A stretch of 62,440 nucleotides of DNA from a virus (Duplodnaviria > Caudoviricetes): positions 1-62,440 of IMG/VR virus record IMGVR_UViG_3300009026_000010; one strand, given 5' to 3'. The notes under the pieces were generated by a model. That model ran no database searches. It saw only the letters and a program-made list of their open reading frames with translations, and had not been told where the DNA came from. Below are positions 1-8,316 of this stretch, one piece after another. Each line of letters begins with the position of its first letter. The stretch's first letter is position 1. The translations under genes were made by a program, and so were the position numbers.

Positions 1-51
1 AGAGGGTGTGTTGGTGTGTGTTGTTGAGATTAGTTGAGTGAGTTTTGGTGT

Positions 52-83
<32 letters not shown>

Positions 84-245
84 AGTGCAGAATAACTTTG
101 CTACTCAGAAGTGGAGTAGCGGAAAAACTGAGGGAGGAGGTATGTGAGTAGTACCTCCCCCTCTGCGCTAAGCCGCCGAACGTTTCGTTTCGCATCAGCG
201 CAGAGGCAAAAAGGATTCTTACCGCCCCCCGGTCACTCATCCTCC

Positions 246-291
246 CAGCTACCAAGCCCTCAGCTACCAAGCCCTGCGTCAGCCAGCTACC
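246..291 (+). repeat. tandem repeat CAGCTACCAAGCCCT x2 plus partial copy
   Basis: Copies at 246-260 and 261-275; partial CAGCTACC at 284-291. Confidence 0.8.
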
Positions 292-371
292 TACTACTTA
301 TCATCCAAGCATCATGCAGAGCATGATGCCTCCTTCTTCTTATGTCTTCTTCATACATAAGGAAATACATC

Positions 372-506
372 ATGTTCGTCATCGAGACCAAGCTCGCTAC
401 ACACAACGGCTTCACCATCAAGACCGAAGCACTCATGCTCTACGTCCATGGCTGTCGCTTCTGCTTAGCCATCAATGAGTACATCATCGTGGAGGCACAG
501 TCATGA
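372..506 (+). CDS. small early hypothetical protein (44 aa)
   Basis: AAGGA SD upstream; ATGA overlap with the next ORF; below the ORF-track cutoff. Confidence 0.65.
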   Translation: MFVIETKLATHNGFTIKTEALMLYVHGCRFCLAINEYIIVEAQS

Positions 507-673
507 GCACTTCTAGCCAGATGGTCGAAGCATCCAAGCAATTCAACAAGCACGTCGTTGCGCTCATCGAGTCACACTCTCTGGCGCTCAGCATGACAGA
601 CGAGAAGCAGCGTGTCGCTGCGCTCAACTACCTGAACGCCAAGCTCAGCAAGATGCTCAACCCTTCTACCTGA
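503..673 (+). CDS. small early hypothetical protein (56 aa)
   Basis: GGAGG SD; ATGA coupling; followed by a hairpin. Confidence 0.7.
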   Translation: MSTSSQMVEASKQFNKHVVALIESHSLALSMTDEKQRVAALNYLNAKLSKMLNPST

Positions 674-689
674 CAACTAAGCTCTCAGT

Positions 690-716
690 CTCCCAGCCGG
701 AGGCTGGGAGCTTTGT
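690..716 (+). terminator. hairpin/putative intrinsic terminator (9-bp stem, GGA loop)
   Basis: ctcccagcc-gga-ggctgggag followed by ctttgt. Confidence 0.55.
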
Positions 717-759
717 CGTTGTGTGCCACTTTCGGCCACAAACATCGGAGATTTACCTC

Positions 760-993
760 ATGGCTACTTTCACTGCATTCAAAAACCTTGGCAAAGCAAT
801 CGTCGCAGACATCGCAGCTGCCAAGAACGGCGTCGTTGAGTCTGCTCAACAGCGTAAGGCTGAGCGTCAGATCGTCTCCAAGTTCAAGGAGATTCTGCGC
901 GAAGACCCAGCTGCCTGCGCCAAGGCGTTCGCTGTCATGACAGCTGACAAGCCGAAGCAGACACGCAAGCCACGCGCTGCCAAGACAGCTTAA
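760..993 (+). CDS. basic early hypothetical protein
   Basis: GGAGA SD before ATG 760; Lys/Arg/Ala-rich. Confidence 0.8.
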   Translation: MATFTAFKNLGKAIVADIAAAKNGVVESAQQRKAERQIVSKFKEILREDPAACAKAFAVMTADKPKQTRKPRAAKTA

Positions 994-998
994 CCACC

Positions 999-1026
999 AA
1001 GCGCTCAGCCGAAAGGCTGAGCGCTT
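999..1026 (+). promoter_or_regulatory. 12-bp hairpin with GAAA tetraloop
   Basis: aagcgctcagcc-gaaa-ggctgagcgctt; weak U-tail. Confidence 0.6.
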
Positions 1027-1060
1027 AGCCTGCGTGAACCCACAACGCAGGAGCATCGCT

Positions 1061-1288
1061 ATGTTCGCTACTCTCACACACCGTCCGCAGCTGTCTTTTA
1101 ACAACAGCATCATCAATGCAACTGTCTTTGACTACGTATACGAAGGCGGTCTTGTCCAAGGCGAGTTCACTAGCGATACAAGCGGCGAAGCTTCACTCGT
1201 CATTGATACTTGCTCATTCATAACAGAGGGCAGACGATTTATTACGCATCTTCACGTAGAGATGCATTTTTATTCAGTAAACAGCTAA
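1061..1288 (+). CDS. hypothetical protein
   Basis: AGGAG SD before ATG 1061. Confidence 0.75.
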   Translation: MFATLTHRPQLSFNNSIINATVFDYVYEGGLVQGEFTSDTSGEASLVIDTCSFITEGRRFITHLHVEMHFYSVNS

Positions 1289-1293
1289 CCACC

Positions 1294-1325
1294 AAGCCCT
1301 ACGCCGGAGGCGTAGGGCTTTTTTC
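1294..1325 (+). terminator. intrinsic terminator (12-bp stem, GGA loop, U-tract)
   Basis: aagccctacgcc-gga-ggcgtagggctt followed by tttt. Confidence 0.7.
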
Positions 1326-1365
1326 ATTGTGTGCCACTTCCGGCAAATCAATGGAGATTCAAACT

Positions 1366-2145
1366 ATGTACATCGAAACCGCACTCGAAGCCAACAACGG
1401 CGTAGGTAAATCAGCTCTGCGCTCAACTGCCAACTCTGCGCTCATGCGTGCTCGCGGCATCGCTCTGCGTCTGGCCAACATCGCAGTTCGTACTATCGGC
1501 AACGGCATCGACGGCTACAACGACATGCACGCTGCTCGTGACGCTGCTCGCCAAGCTGCCAGCTGGTTCAACGACACCGGCAAAGCTGCTGAGCCGCTTG
1601 AGGACACAATGCAAAGTTTGATGGCATTGTACTACTCACTGGCTGACAGGCTGAGCGAGGAAGAGTTCTTCGCTCCGATGACAATACCTGATGCATTCAG
1701 GCTCATGTCCGCACCACAGGGCGCTGAGGTTGATAGCGAGAGTGAGATAATTAAAGCGCTTGCGGAAATCAGCGGCGAGTCCGTCGAGAAGCTGCTTGAA
1801 CGAAAGGAGAAGGAGCAGGCCAAGTCAGCTGCACGCAATGCAGACATGACACCACTGGCTATGACCTTCCTCGAAGAATGCGGTGGTAACGGCGCAGACG
1901 AGGACGCTCAGTTCGACGACCTGCCGCTGAATATCCGCTTTGCAATTTTCTGCAAGGCCATCGACGGCGCAGCCAACCAGTACGACCGTGATTTGTCTCG
2001 CGCTATGAAGTTCAGCGACAGCAAGTCCGCAGTGCTGCGTAGCTTGGCAGTCAGCGACACCGCTGCTGGCAAGAACACGCTGAATGACCTGGAGGCTTCA
2101 CTGACCAAGTTCATCCAGCAACACAAGTCCGAGCTGGACATGTAA
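1366..2145 (+). CDS. helical early hypothetical protein (259 aa)
   Basis: GGAGA SD before ATG 1366; typical phage codon usage. Confidence 0.85.
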   Translation: MYIETALEANNGVGKSALRSTANSALMRARGIALRLANIAVRTIGNGIDGYNDMHAARDAARQAASWFNDTGKAAEPLEDTMQSLMALYYSLADRLSEEEFFAPMTIPDAFRLMSAPQGAEVDSESEIIKALAEISGESVEKLLERKEKEQAKSAARNADMTPLAMTFLEECGGNGADEDAQFDDLPLNIRFAIFCKAIDGAANQYDRDLSRAMKFSDSKSAVLRSLAVSDTAAGKNTLNDLEASLTKFIQQHKSELDM

Positions 2146-2150
2146 CACGC

Positions 2151-2187
2151 CGAGCCACTTACACGCTTCTGTGTAGGTGGCTCGTTT
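2151..2187 (+). terminator. hairpin/putative terminator
   Basis: gagccacttacac...gtgtaggtggctc followed by gttt. Confidence 0.5.
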
Positions 2188-2247
2188 CCGCAAAACCCAG
2201 GGCCTTATGGGATGCCTTAAAAATCAAGCACTTAGGAGCACTACACC

Positions 2248-2634
2248 ATGACACTTAAAGTTGGCGATACAGTACCAGTAAGCTTTAACAACACAGCTGC
2301 TTACAAAGAGCACGTACTTCCTCTCATCAACCAGCTCAAAGCCGCAGCGGATGAGCACGATATCGCTCTGACTGTTATCGCTACGACACAACGCGAGCGA
2401 GAACAAAAAGACAAAGGGTTCGTAGAAGAAGCGAACACACATGTCACTTCTGTCAACCTGCAGATGCACAGCTCAACCGTTGCAATCTTCATGATTGCGC
2501 TCCAAGAGTCTTCGCGTAACGCTAACGAAGCTTCAAGCACGACACAACTGCTTGCAGAGTCCATGATGAAAGGAATCCAAGTTGTAGAGCAAATGACACA
2601 AGAAACTTTCAAAGGCACTTGTAAGTTCTTGTAA
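2248..2634 (+). CDS. hypothetical protein, paralog of 5394..5858
   Basis: AGGAG SD; shared pattern PLIxQL...EH...T(H/N)VTxxNL. Confidence 0.85.
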   Translation: MTLKVGDTVPVSFNNTAAYKEHVLPLINQLKAAADEHDIALTVIATTQREREQKDKGFVEEANTHVTSVNLQMHSSTVAIFMIALQESSRNANEASSTTQLLAESMMKGIQVVEQMTQETFKGTCKFL

Positions 2635-2710
2635 TCATTGACATTCAACCATGTAGACCACTCGGTCTACATGACCTAAAAATATAGTCTAACTCACCTC
2701 CCACCATGCG

Positions 2711-3023
2711 GTTACGTTGTTACGATCTTCACCCATATCCCCATCAACTTCGTAACAACTCCTCAACAGCTCTATTTCGGGGCTTTCAGCCTATATATTC
2801 TATATTTGTTACGATATTAACGAAATACGAAGTAGAAACTGTATTACAGAAAAAATTTAGTCCTTCACAACTTTTTTTATTTCTGTAAAACAAGTTCAAA
2901 GATCGTAACATCGTAACGGACAATCCGTGCAACAATGCAGCCGCTCTAGCACGGGGCTTTGAACCTTGTTACGTTTTTAATAAAATTCCGTAACAAGCCT
3001 TAAAATTTCGTAACATCGTAACA
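2711..3023. repeat. iteron array A: 10 GTTACG/CGTAAC cores around an AT-rich centre; putative replication origin element
   Basis: Cores at 2711, 2719, 2751, 2808, 2904, 2912, 2968, 2989, 3009, 3017; intergenic; homologous to the reverse complement of 33704-34020. Confidence 0.85.
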
Positions 3024-3134
3024 AACGCCTACAAGCCACCTTCCTGCGTTTTTAGCCCCTACCCGCTACCATCGTAGCTCCAACAGCTGAAAACGTCTCT
3101 ATCAAGCTCCTGCTCAGCCACAGAGGTCACAACC

Positions 3135-3464
3135 ATGCTTCTCTCAGCCCTTTTTCTCGGCTTCTTCCGCGCACTAGGTATCTTCATCACTCTGATTCGT
3201 TGCCCTCGGATGCTCGTCTTGCAATTATTGGGCCATGCTTGGGTACTTGATATCATAATGTCATCACTCATGTTCGCCATGCACTGGGGAACTGCCATCG
3301 GTGGTTTCAGTGCTGTCATCGCCGCTCTCTTCTGCTCACTCGGCATCACACTCTGTAAAGGATCACTCGGTTACATCCAATCTGGCACCTATTACAAAGG
3401 CTGGTTTGGTGACACACGACCCGCAGACAAACGCAACAAACATCCAATATCGAAGCCACTATGA
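3135..3464 (+). CDS. small membrane protein
   Basis: GAGG SD; 2-3 hydrophobic segments. Confidence 0.75.
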   Translation: MLLSALFLGFFRALGIFITLIRCPRMLVLQLLGHAWVLDIIMSSLMFAMHWGTAIGGFSAVIAALFCSLGITLCKGSLGYIQSGTYYKGWFGDTRPADKRNKHPISKPL

Positions 3465-3598
3465 CCCAACGCACTCTTCCTCTACCCAACCAACCACTCA
3501 AGCTTCCAGCTCATGTCCCAGTGTTCTGCCGTCGAACGCGGCAGGACATCAAGACATGTACGTGCTTGCGTTGCACAGCTCTGAGGACAGCAACATGA
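3461..3598 (+). CDS. small Cys-containing hypothetical protein (45 aa)
   Basis: ATGA overlaps on both sides; CTCLRC motif. Confidence 0.55.
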   Translation: MTQRTLPLPNQPLKLPAHVPVFCRRTRQDIKTCTCLRCTALRTAT

Positions 3599-3801
3599 TG
3601 GAAATAACATTCATAGACCTACTGATCTTCGCTTGCTGGGTAGCCATGTTCTACGCCTATTACTATTTCATTCCTCTACTATGGAAAGGTTTGGCTCCCA
3701 GCTACCCAACATTGCTACATATGACCAACTGTGCAAAATTCGCATCAGCCCTTGTAGCTATAGAAATTACCCACGCCTACCTACTGAGACTTCAAACATG
3801 A
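3595..3801 (+). CDS. small membrane protein
   Basis: GAGGA SD; two hydrophobic helices; ATGA coupling. Confidence 0.65.
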   Translation: MMEITFIDLLIFACWVAMFYAYYYFIPLLWKGLAPSYPTLLHMTNCAKFASALVAIEITHAYLLRLQT

Positions 3802-4133
3802 GCGACATCTACCAAGCTACCTACGACGCAGTACTCAAAAAACTATTCAACTGTGACATTGGGTCAGCGGTTAGTGACGCCATCCACAACTCAGCCATTG
3901 ACCACACAGCTACTATCGCTGGAGCTGCCATACAAGAACTGGCTATGGAGGTAGCGAACTCGCTTCAACGCCCTTCAGTCCTGTTCAAGCCAGAACTCTA
4001 TATCGTCGATAACAAATGGTGTGCTCAATACGGCGCAATCATGAACGGTTATGGAGATACACCAGCTGAGGCTATGGCTGATTTCGATACCAACTGGAAC
4101 GCACTCACAGTGCAAATTGCGGAGCACATGTAG
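3798..4133 (+). CDS. conserved phage hypothetical protein
   Basis: ATGA coupling; WCAxYG...GYGDTPAEAMADFD pattern. Confidence 0.75.
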   Translation: MSDIYQATYDAVLKKLFNCDIGSAVSDAIHNSAIDHTATIAGAAIQELAMEVANSLQRPSVLFKPELYIVDNKWCAQYGAIMNGYGDTPAEAMADFDTNWNALTVQIAEHM

Positions 4134-4134
4134 T

Positions 4135-4347
4135 ATGTCAGACTGCACAATACTACTTGTACTGCTCACCGCTGCCATAGTAGCTATGGTTACGGCACTC
4201 ATTTTTTCTGTGATCGGTGTATACACACGGAATACAAAAGAACAGAACTTCTTGCTCACATCAGCTGGAGTGCTTGCTATAACAAGTGTTTTACTGTGCT
4301 TTGCCTATTTCCTCTTCGACATGTCTATGAGGTTTCCACCACCATGA
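4135..4347 (+). CDS. small membrane protein (2 TM)
   Basis: Two long hydrophobic stretches; tight operon spacing. Confidence 0.65.
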   Translation: MSDCTILLVLLTAAIVAMVTALIFSVIGVYTRNTKEQNFLLTSAGVLAITSVLLCFAYFLFDMSMRFPPP

Positions 4348-4616
4348 TGCTATTCCTTACAATCTGCGCATGGCTTCTCTTAACGGTATTCATGTTGTAT
4401 CTCACGTGGATACTCGTGGACTACCACAGCCAAAAGGCAAAAATAATAGCTAGTGTCACATTATTCTTGTGTCTAGCATTCACTATCACCTTTATTGTCA
4501 GATACGAACAAAAATATCCGTGTCTGAAGTACGAAACCACCATGCAGTACGACCCTGCTACCAAGATGATGAGGCCAATGCGTATATGTACTCAACGCGG
4601 TGAATGGGTTGAATAA
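4344..4616 (+). CDS. small membrane protein with C-terminal Cys pair
   Basis: 2 TM segments followed by PCLKYET...ICTQRGEW. Confidence 0.7.
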   Translation: MMLFLTICAWLLLTVFMLYLTWILVDYHSQKAKIIASVTLFLCLAFTITFIVRYEQKYPCLKYETTMQYDPATKMMRPMRICTQRGEWVE

Positions 4617-4800
4617 CTAACCATCCATGTGGATAGGAGGTGTGTCATGTAACCTGCGACCCTTAAACCGGCGCAAAAAACTCTGCAGTTGGACATCCAC
4701 GTCCCTTACTGACTGTAGAGTTCACATATAAGGGCGGTGAGCTTGGCGACCTCTTTAGGAATCAATAGCCACGTCGAAACTGGTGTAGTACCGCAGTAGC
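4617..4800 (+). ncRNA. candidate structured non-coding RNA
   Basis: ORF-free stretch with several nested complementary pairs, ending in a terminator; no known family recognised. Confidence 0.35.
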
Positions 4801-4801
4801 T

Positions 4802-4832
4802 AAGAAACCCGGCCTATGTGTCGGGTTTTTTA
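4802..4832 (+). terminator. intrinsic terminator
   Basis: aaacccggc-ctatgt-gtcgggttt followed by ttt. Confidence 0.75.
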
Positions 4833-4887
4833 GTGAGTTCATCACGAACATCTACATACTACATACTAACCAGCACAGGTACTCAAC

Positions 4888-5370
4888 ATGTCTGAAGAAA
4901 CAACTCCTGTATCACAAATCCATGTTTTCACTGATACAGGACCAGCACAACTCGCTGCTATGCGTAAAATCTTCACTCCTGTGCTTGTACCTTTGTTCGA
5001 AGCTATGGTGTACGCCATGGCATCCAAGACTGCCAAGAACTACGACGGTGGTATCTGGACACTGGTAACAAACGAAGAAGGCACTGCAGGCTTCATCTTC
5101 CCAGCTGTCGACGACCAAACAACCTATGATGTAGCAGTTGATACGAACTACTACACCAACGCCACCATGGACCCAGTGTCCTTTGGGGCAGCTGTCAGCC
5201 TCACAGCTATTAACCACATCAGTTGGATGATGGCAGAGTCCCAACAAAACAACGAAGACGTAGTGGCTATGTACTACAACATGCGTAATTTCGTATTTGA
5301 CCTCAGTGAAGGCCAATACGACACGTCATTGACGCTCAATGGCGCAGAAGTAGCTCGCTACATCGACTGA
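4888..5370 (+). CDS. ardB: ArdB/KlcA-family antirestriction protein
   Basis: YDGGIW...GFIFP...NYY...MDPVSFGAAVSL matches the ArdB/KlcA pattern. Confidence 0.7.
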   Translation: MSEETTPVSQIHVFTDTGPAQLAAMRKIFTPVLVPLFEAMVYAMASKTAKNYDGGIWTLVTNEEGTAGFIFPAVDDQTTYDVAVDTNYYTNATMDPVSFGAAVSLTAINHISWMMAESQQNNEDVVAMYYNMRNFVFDLSEGQYDTSLTLNGAEVARYID

Positions 5371-5393
5371 TTTATTACTCAAGGAATACCGCC

Positions 5394-5858
5394 ATGCCCA
5401 TTCCAGAAAACGGCAGCACATCAGCTATGATCGCAAATTTCAGTAAAGAAGCAGTTTTCGATAAATATGCACAACCTCTCATCACACAGTTGATCGAGGT
5501 ATGCCAAGAACACGGCCTTGGCTTGTTTGCCATTTGCTGCTATGAACGCCGTCTTGAAATTGTCGGCCAGAACGAAGACAGCATGAGCACAACCGAAAAT
5601 ACCGGTACCAACGTCACCAAAATGAATCTTTTGCAGCTCAGTACTCATGCTCGTCTGGCTACTCTGTTCTACAAAATGTTGAACGACGATCCTACTTTGT
5701 TTGATAACCCTATGAAACTGCTTATGACTCTCAAAGCAGGTGAACAGGTTGTTACTGAGCACAACCAAGAACTGCTCGCAAAATCACCAACACCATGCGG
5801 TGAAGAAGCTGCGCAATTCATGAGTAAACTTATGGATGAAATTGGAGAACAAAAGTAA
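5394..5858 (+). CDS. hypothetical protein, paralog of 2248..2634
   Basis: AAGGA SD; shared motif with 2248..2634. Confidence 0.85.
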   Translation: MPIPENGSTSAMIANFSKEAVFDKYAQPLITQLIEVCQEHGLGLFAICCYERRLEIVGQNEDSMSTTENTGTNVTKMNLLQLSTHARLATLFYKMLNDDPTLFDNPMKLLMTLKAGEQVVTEHNQELLAKSPTPCGEEAAQFMSKLMDEIGEQK

Positions 5859-6271
5859 TGAGCGAATTTTCTCAAATCGACTCGCCGAAATACCAATCTT
5901 GTTTGGGTACAGCTGCTGAAGTTGACCGTAAAGAACTTCCTTACTTGTTGATATATAAGGGAGACGGTCAGCACCATGCACATCTGTGTGTAAAAAGTAA
6001 AGCCGAACACATCAGCTTTATTATTAGTGGTATCCAAGGTATTGGTGGCCATATCGCCAGTAATATCGAAGAATCTGAACCTCATCCTATGCATAACATG
6101 GGTTTTACAAGAGACATACAAGACCTTATAACCGGTATGTCTGCGGTAGTAATGACCATTATCGACAAACTTCCACATGCCGAAGCTCGTGCTTTCATCG
6201 AAATGACAGCTTTAACCGTTATCAAAGCCAAAGAACAGAAATTTGGAGAAGACAATGACGATAAAGCGTGA
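5858..6271 (+). CDS. hypothetical protein
   Basis: TAATG coupling; GGAG SD. Confidence 0.8.
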   Translation: MSEFSQIDSPKYQSCLGTAAEVDRKELPYLLIYKGDGQHHAHLCVKSKAEHISFIISGIQGIGGHIASNIEESEPHPMHNMGFTRDIQDLITGMSAVVMTIIDKLPHAEARAFIEMTALTVIKAKEQKFGEDNDDKA

Positions 6272-6731
6272 GTCATTCAAAGCTATAAATCTCACTGATG
6301 ACAACTCAGCCCATGAAGAAGCAAAAACACTAATTAACAAGCACGCTGAAATCATCAACGGCATGGCAGCACCTTCTTTTTTACTTGCCTACACTGATGC
6401 CAATAACAACGGCACGGATAAAGCCCAAGGAACAGCCATCGGTGCTGGAACACGCGAAGACATCGCAGAGCTTGTCGAGAACGTGGTCAACATGCATGGG
6501 GTAGCTATCACCACTATCGACGGTGTGTTTGATGATCTATGCCCCGAAGAAGTCTTCCTCGCTGGTGCCATGGACATCATGCTTACTTACATGATGGACA
6601 GGATACAAGATGGCCAAGCTGAGCAAGTTAAGAAGTTCCTTGACGACCTTCCGCTGATCGTCAAAGAAACTATCGACATGTGCGAAGAGAAACTCACACC
6701 TTCGTCTCCTTCTTCCGAATCCATCCACTAA
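6255..6731 (+). CDS. acidic hypothetical protein
   Basis: GGAG SD before ATG 6255. Confidence 0.8.
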   Translation: MTIKRESFKAINLTDDNSAHEEAKTLINKHAEIINGMAAPSFLLAYTDANNNGTDKAQGTAIGAGTREDIAELVENVVNMHGVAITTIDGVFDDLCPEEVFLAGAMDIMLTYMMDRIQDGQAEQVKKFLDDLPLIVKETIDMCEEKLTPSSPSSESIH

Positions 6732-6886
6732 TGGGCGCTACACGCCTATTTCCCTGTAGCCGTAAACGCTTTGCTTCTATTGAGCAAGCACGCACGGCTG
6801 CTTACTCCATGGCTGCACGTTCACAGGCTCATGTACAACCTGAGCCTTGCAGCCACTGTAACGGATACCACTTGAGGAAAGCGTAA
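6731..6886 (+). CDS. small putative Zn-binding protein
   Basis: C...KRF...A...CxxCxGYHL pattern; TAATG coupling on both sides. Confidence 0.7.
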   Translation: MGATRLFPCSRKRFASIEQARTAAYSMAARSQAHVQPEPCSHCNGYHLRKA

Positions 6887-7611
6887 TGCATATCACAGGC
6901 TTTGGCATGATGGGAGGCGGAAAAGAAACAGCTCGGCTTTACACAAATAGCCAATTAAAAGCTGAATACGTTGACCATATTCCGGGCATATTTTTTCATC
7001 CGACTTACCTTGTATCCAATGAATTCGGCGACAAAATTGGTTGGATAAAACAACACCAAGAAATGCTGGAAATAACAAAAAATGCCCATTTCGCAACTAT
7101 TTTGACAGGAAAAACGGTAGACCAAGCTAACGGATACTTGGGGTTAGAAATTGAAGAAGTCAAATCATGGCATAACAAACCGCAATTTGCCGAATCACAA
7201 CCCACCAAAGAGAAACCATCAATGAAAACTCCCGAAATCAAAGCTGTTGTAAATAACAACATGTTCAATGCCAAAAACGCCATGATCATGGAAGGCGGTC
7301 GTATTGCCAACATCCAATTGGCTTCTATCGTTGCCAAGAAAATCGACAAATCTGCTGCCGCTCTCCTGAACACGCCTTTGGGCCATCTGGTCATCGCCAA
7401 CGTCGCTAGTTTTGCCGCCCAGTCCTTCTATGACCAGAACAAGATGGTCAACAAGCTGGCACAAGCGATGATGGTATCAGCGTACCAAGAAGCACTTCAA
7501 GAACTGGACATCAACGGCGTTATTGCCGAGCTGATGTCGAATTCGGCTGTTGCATCTGTACTGGCTGAGTCTTTCGAAACTCCTGCAGAAACCAACACTA
7601 ACAAGGAGTAA
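6886..7611 (+). CDS. hypothetical protein
   Basis: Long ORF; GAGG SD. Confidence 0.8.
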   Translation: MHITGFGMMGGGKETARLYTNSQLKAEYVDHIPGIFFHPTYLVSNEFGDKIGWIKQHQEMLEITKNAHFATILTGKTVDQANGYLGLEIEEVKSWHNKPQFAESQPTKEKPSMKTPEIKAVVNNNMFNAKNAMIMEGGRIANIQLASIVAKKIDKSAAALLNTPLGHLVIANVASFAAQSFYDQNKMVNKLAQAMMVSAYQEALQELDINGVIAELMSNSAVASVLAESFETPAETNTNKE

Positions 7612-7617
7612 ATCACT

Positions 7618-8310
7618 ATGCCATCAACTCCTGAGTATGCCATCAGTAGACTCGAAATTACTTCTTTCGAGAGTATTTTTCGTGACCTTTTTTCTCATAT
7701 GTGTGATGTTCACGAGGGTCTTACTGACGAACTTAAGGATGAATTTCCAGACTTGGGAGAATTGATCGGTGAACTGCTTGGAAACAGTTTCGACTGTGGT
7801 TATGAAGATACGGGCGACGACTACGTAACGATCCTCCTCAACAGCACAACTCCTGAGCAGGTTAGAGAATATCTCGATGGTGTTTTCACTTTAAGTAAAT
7901 TCAACCTGCTCTTTAATATCTACAGCGTTAATATCAGTACCGACTATGATAACGACGCAATTTTGACTTTCTGCGACGAAGGTGGCTACACACGTTTTAC
8001 TTTGGTCGTAACGGATAACGACGTCGATACTGGTTCTATCGACCCTGACAGCTATCGTAGTGAAGACGAGGACGAAGACGAAGACGAAGACGAAGAAGAA
8101 CTGTCTTCAGAAATCGACATCGAAGATGGATTTAGCGAACTTTTCGATCCTTTAGTCCCTGCACCAACACATGTAGAAGTTGAGAAGTATGCCAAAACAG
8201 AAACACTTCCAACCTACCAAGAACGTGTCGATGAATTGAAGATGGAATTGGCCGTCGATTTCGCCGATACATTCGCTAAAGTATTCAAAATTCCCTATAA
8301 CATGGAGTAA
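7618..8310 (+). CDS. highly acidic protein (possible DNA mimic)
   Basis: AAGGAG SD; very D/E-rich with an EDEDEDEDEDEEE run. Confidence 0.8.
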   Translation: MPSTPEYAISRLEITSFESIFRDLFSHMCDVHEGLTDELKDEFPDLGELIGELLGNSFDCGYEDTGDDYVTILLNSTTPEQVREYLDGVFTLSKFNLLFNIYSVNISTDYDNDAILTFCDEGGYTRFTLVVTDNDVDTGSIDPDSYRSEDEDEDEDEDEEELSSEIDIEDGFSELFDPLVPAPTHVEVEKYAKTETLPTYQERVDELKMELAVDFADTFAKVFKIPYNME

Positions 8311-8316
8311 CCAGTA

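Noticed and set aside
690-1320. N4 virion-RNAP hairpin promoters (C-GNA-G loops)
   Set aside because: The GGA loops are on the non-template strand for the rightward genes, and no vRNAP motifs were found in the giant protein.
2706-2888. ORF 2706..2888 and the similar ORF 33827..34021 (MRLRCYDL.../MLRCYDL...)
   Set aside because: The similarity follows from the DNA-level iteron homology. Neither has a convincing SD and the CYD peptide is simply the octamer translated. Treated as non-coding, although a peptide cannot be fully excluded.
2711-3023. CRISPR array interpretation of the octamer repeats
   Set aside because: Repeats are only 8 bp, occur in both orientations with irregular spacing, and there is no cas operon. 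The PD-(D/E)XK nuclease is an ordinary phage replication gene.
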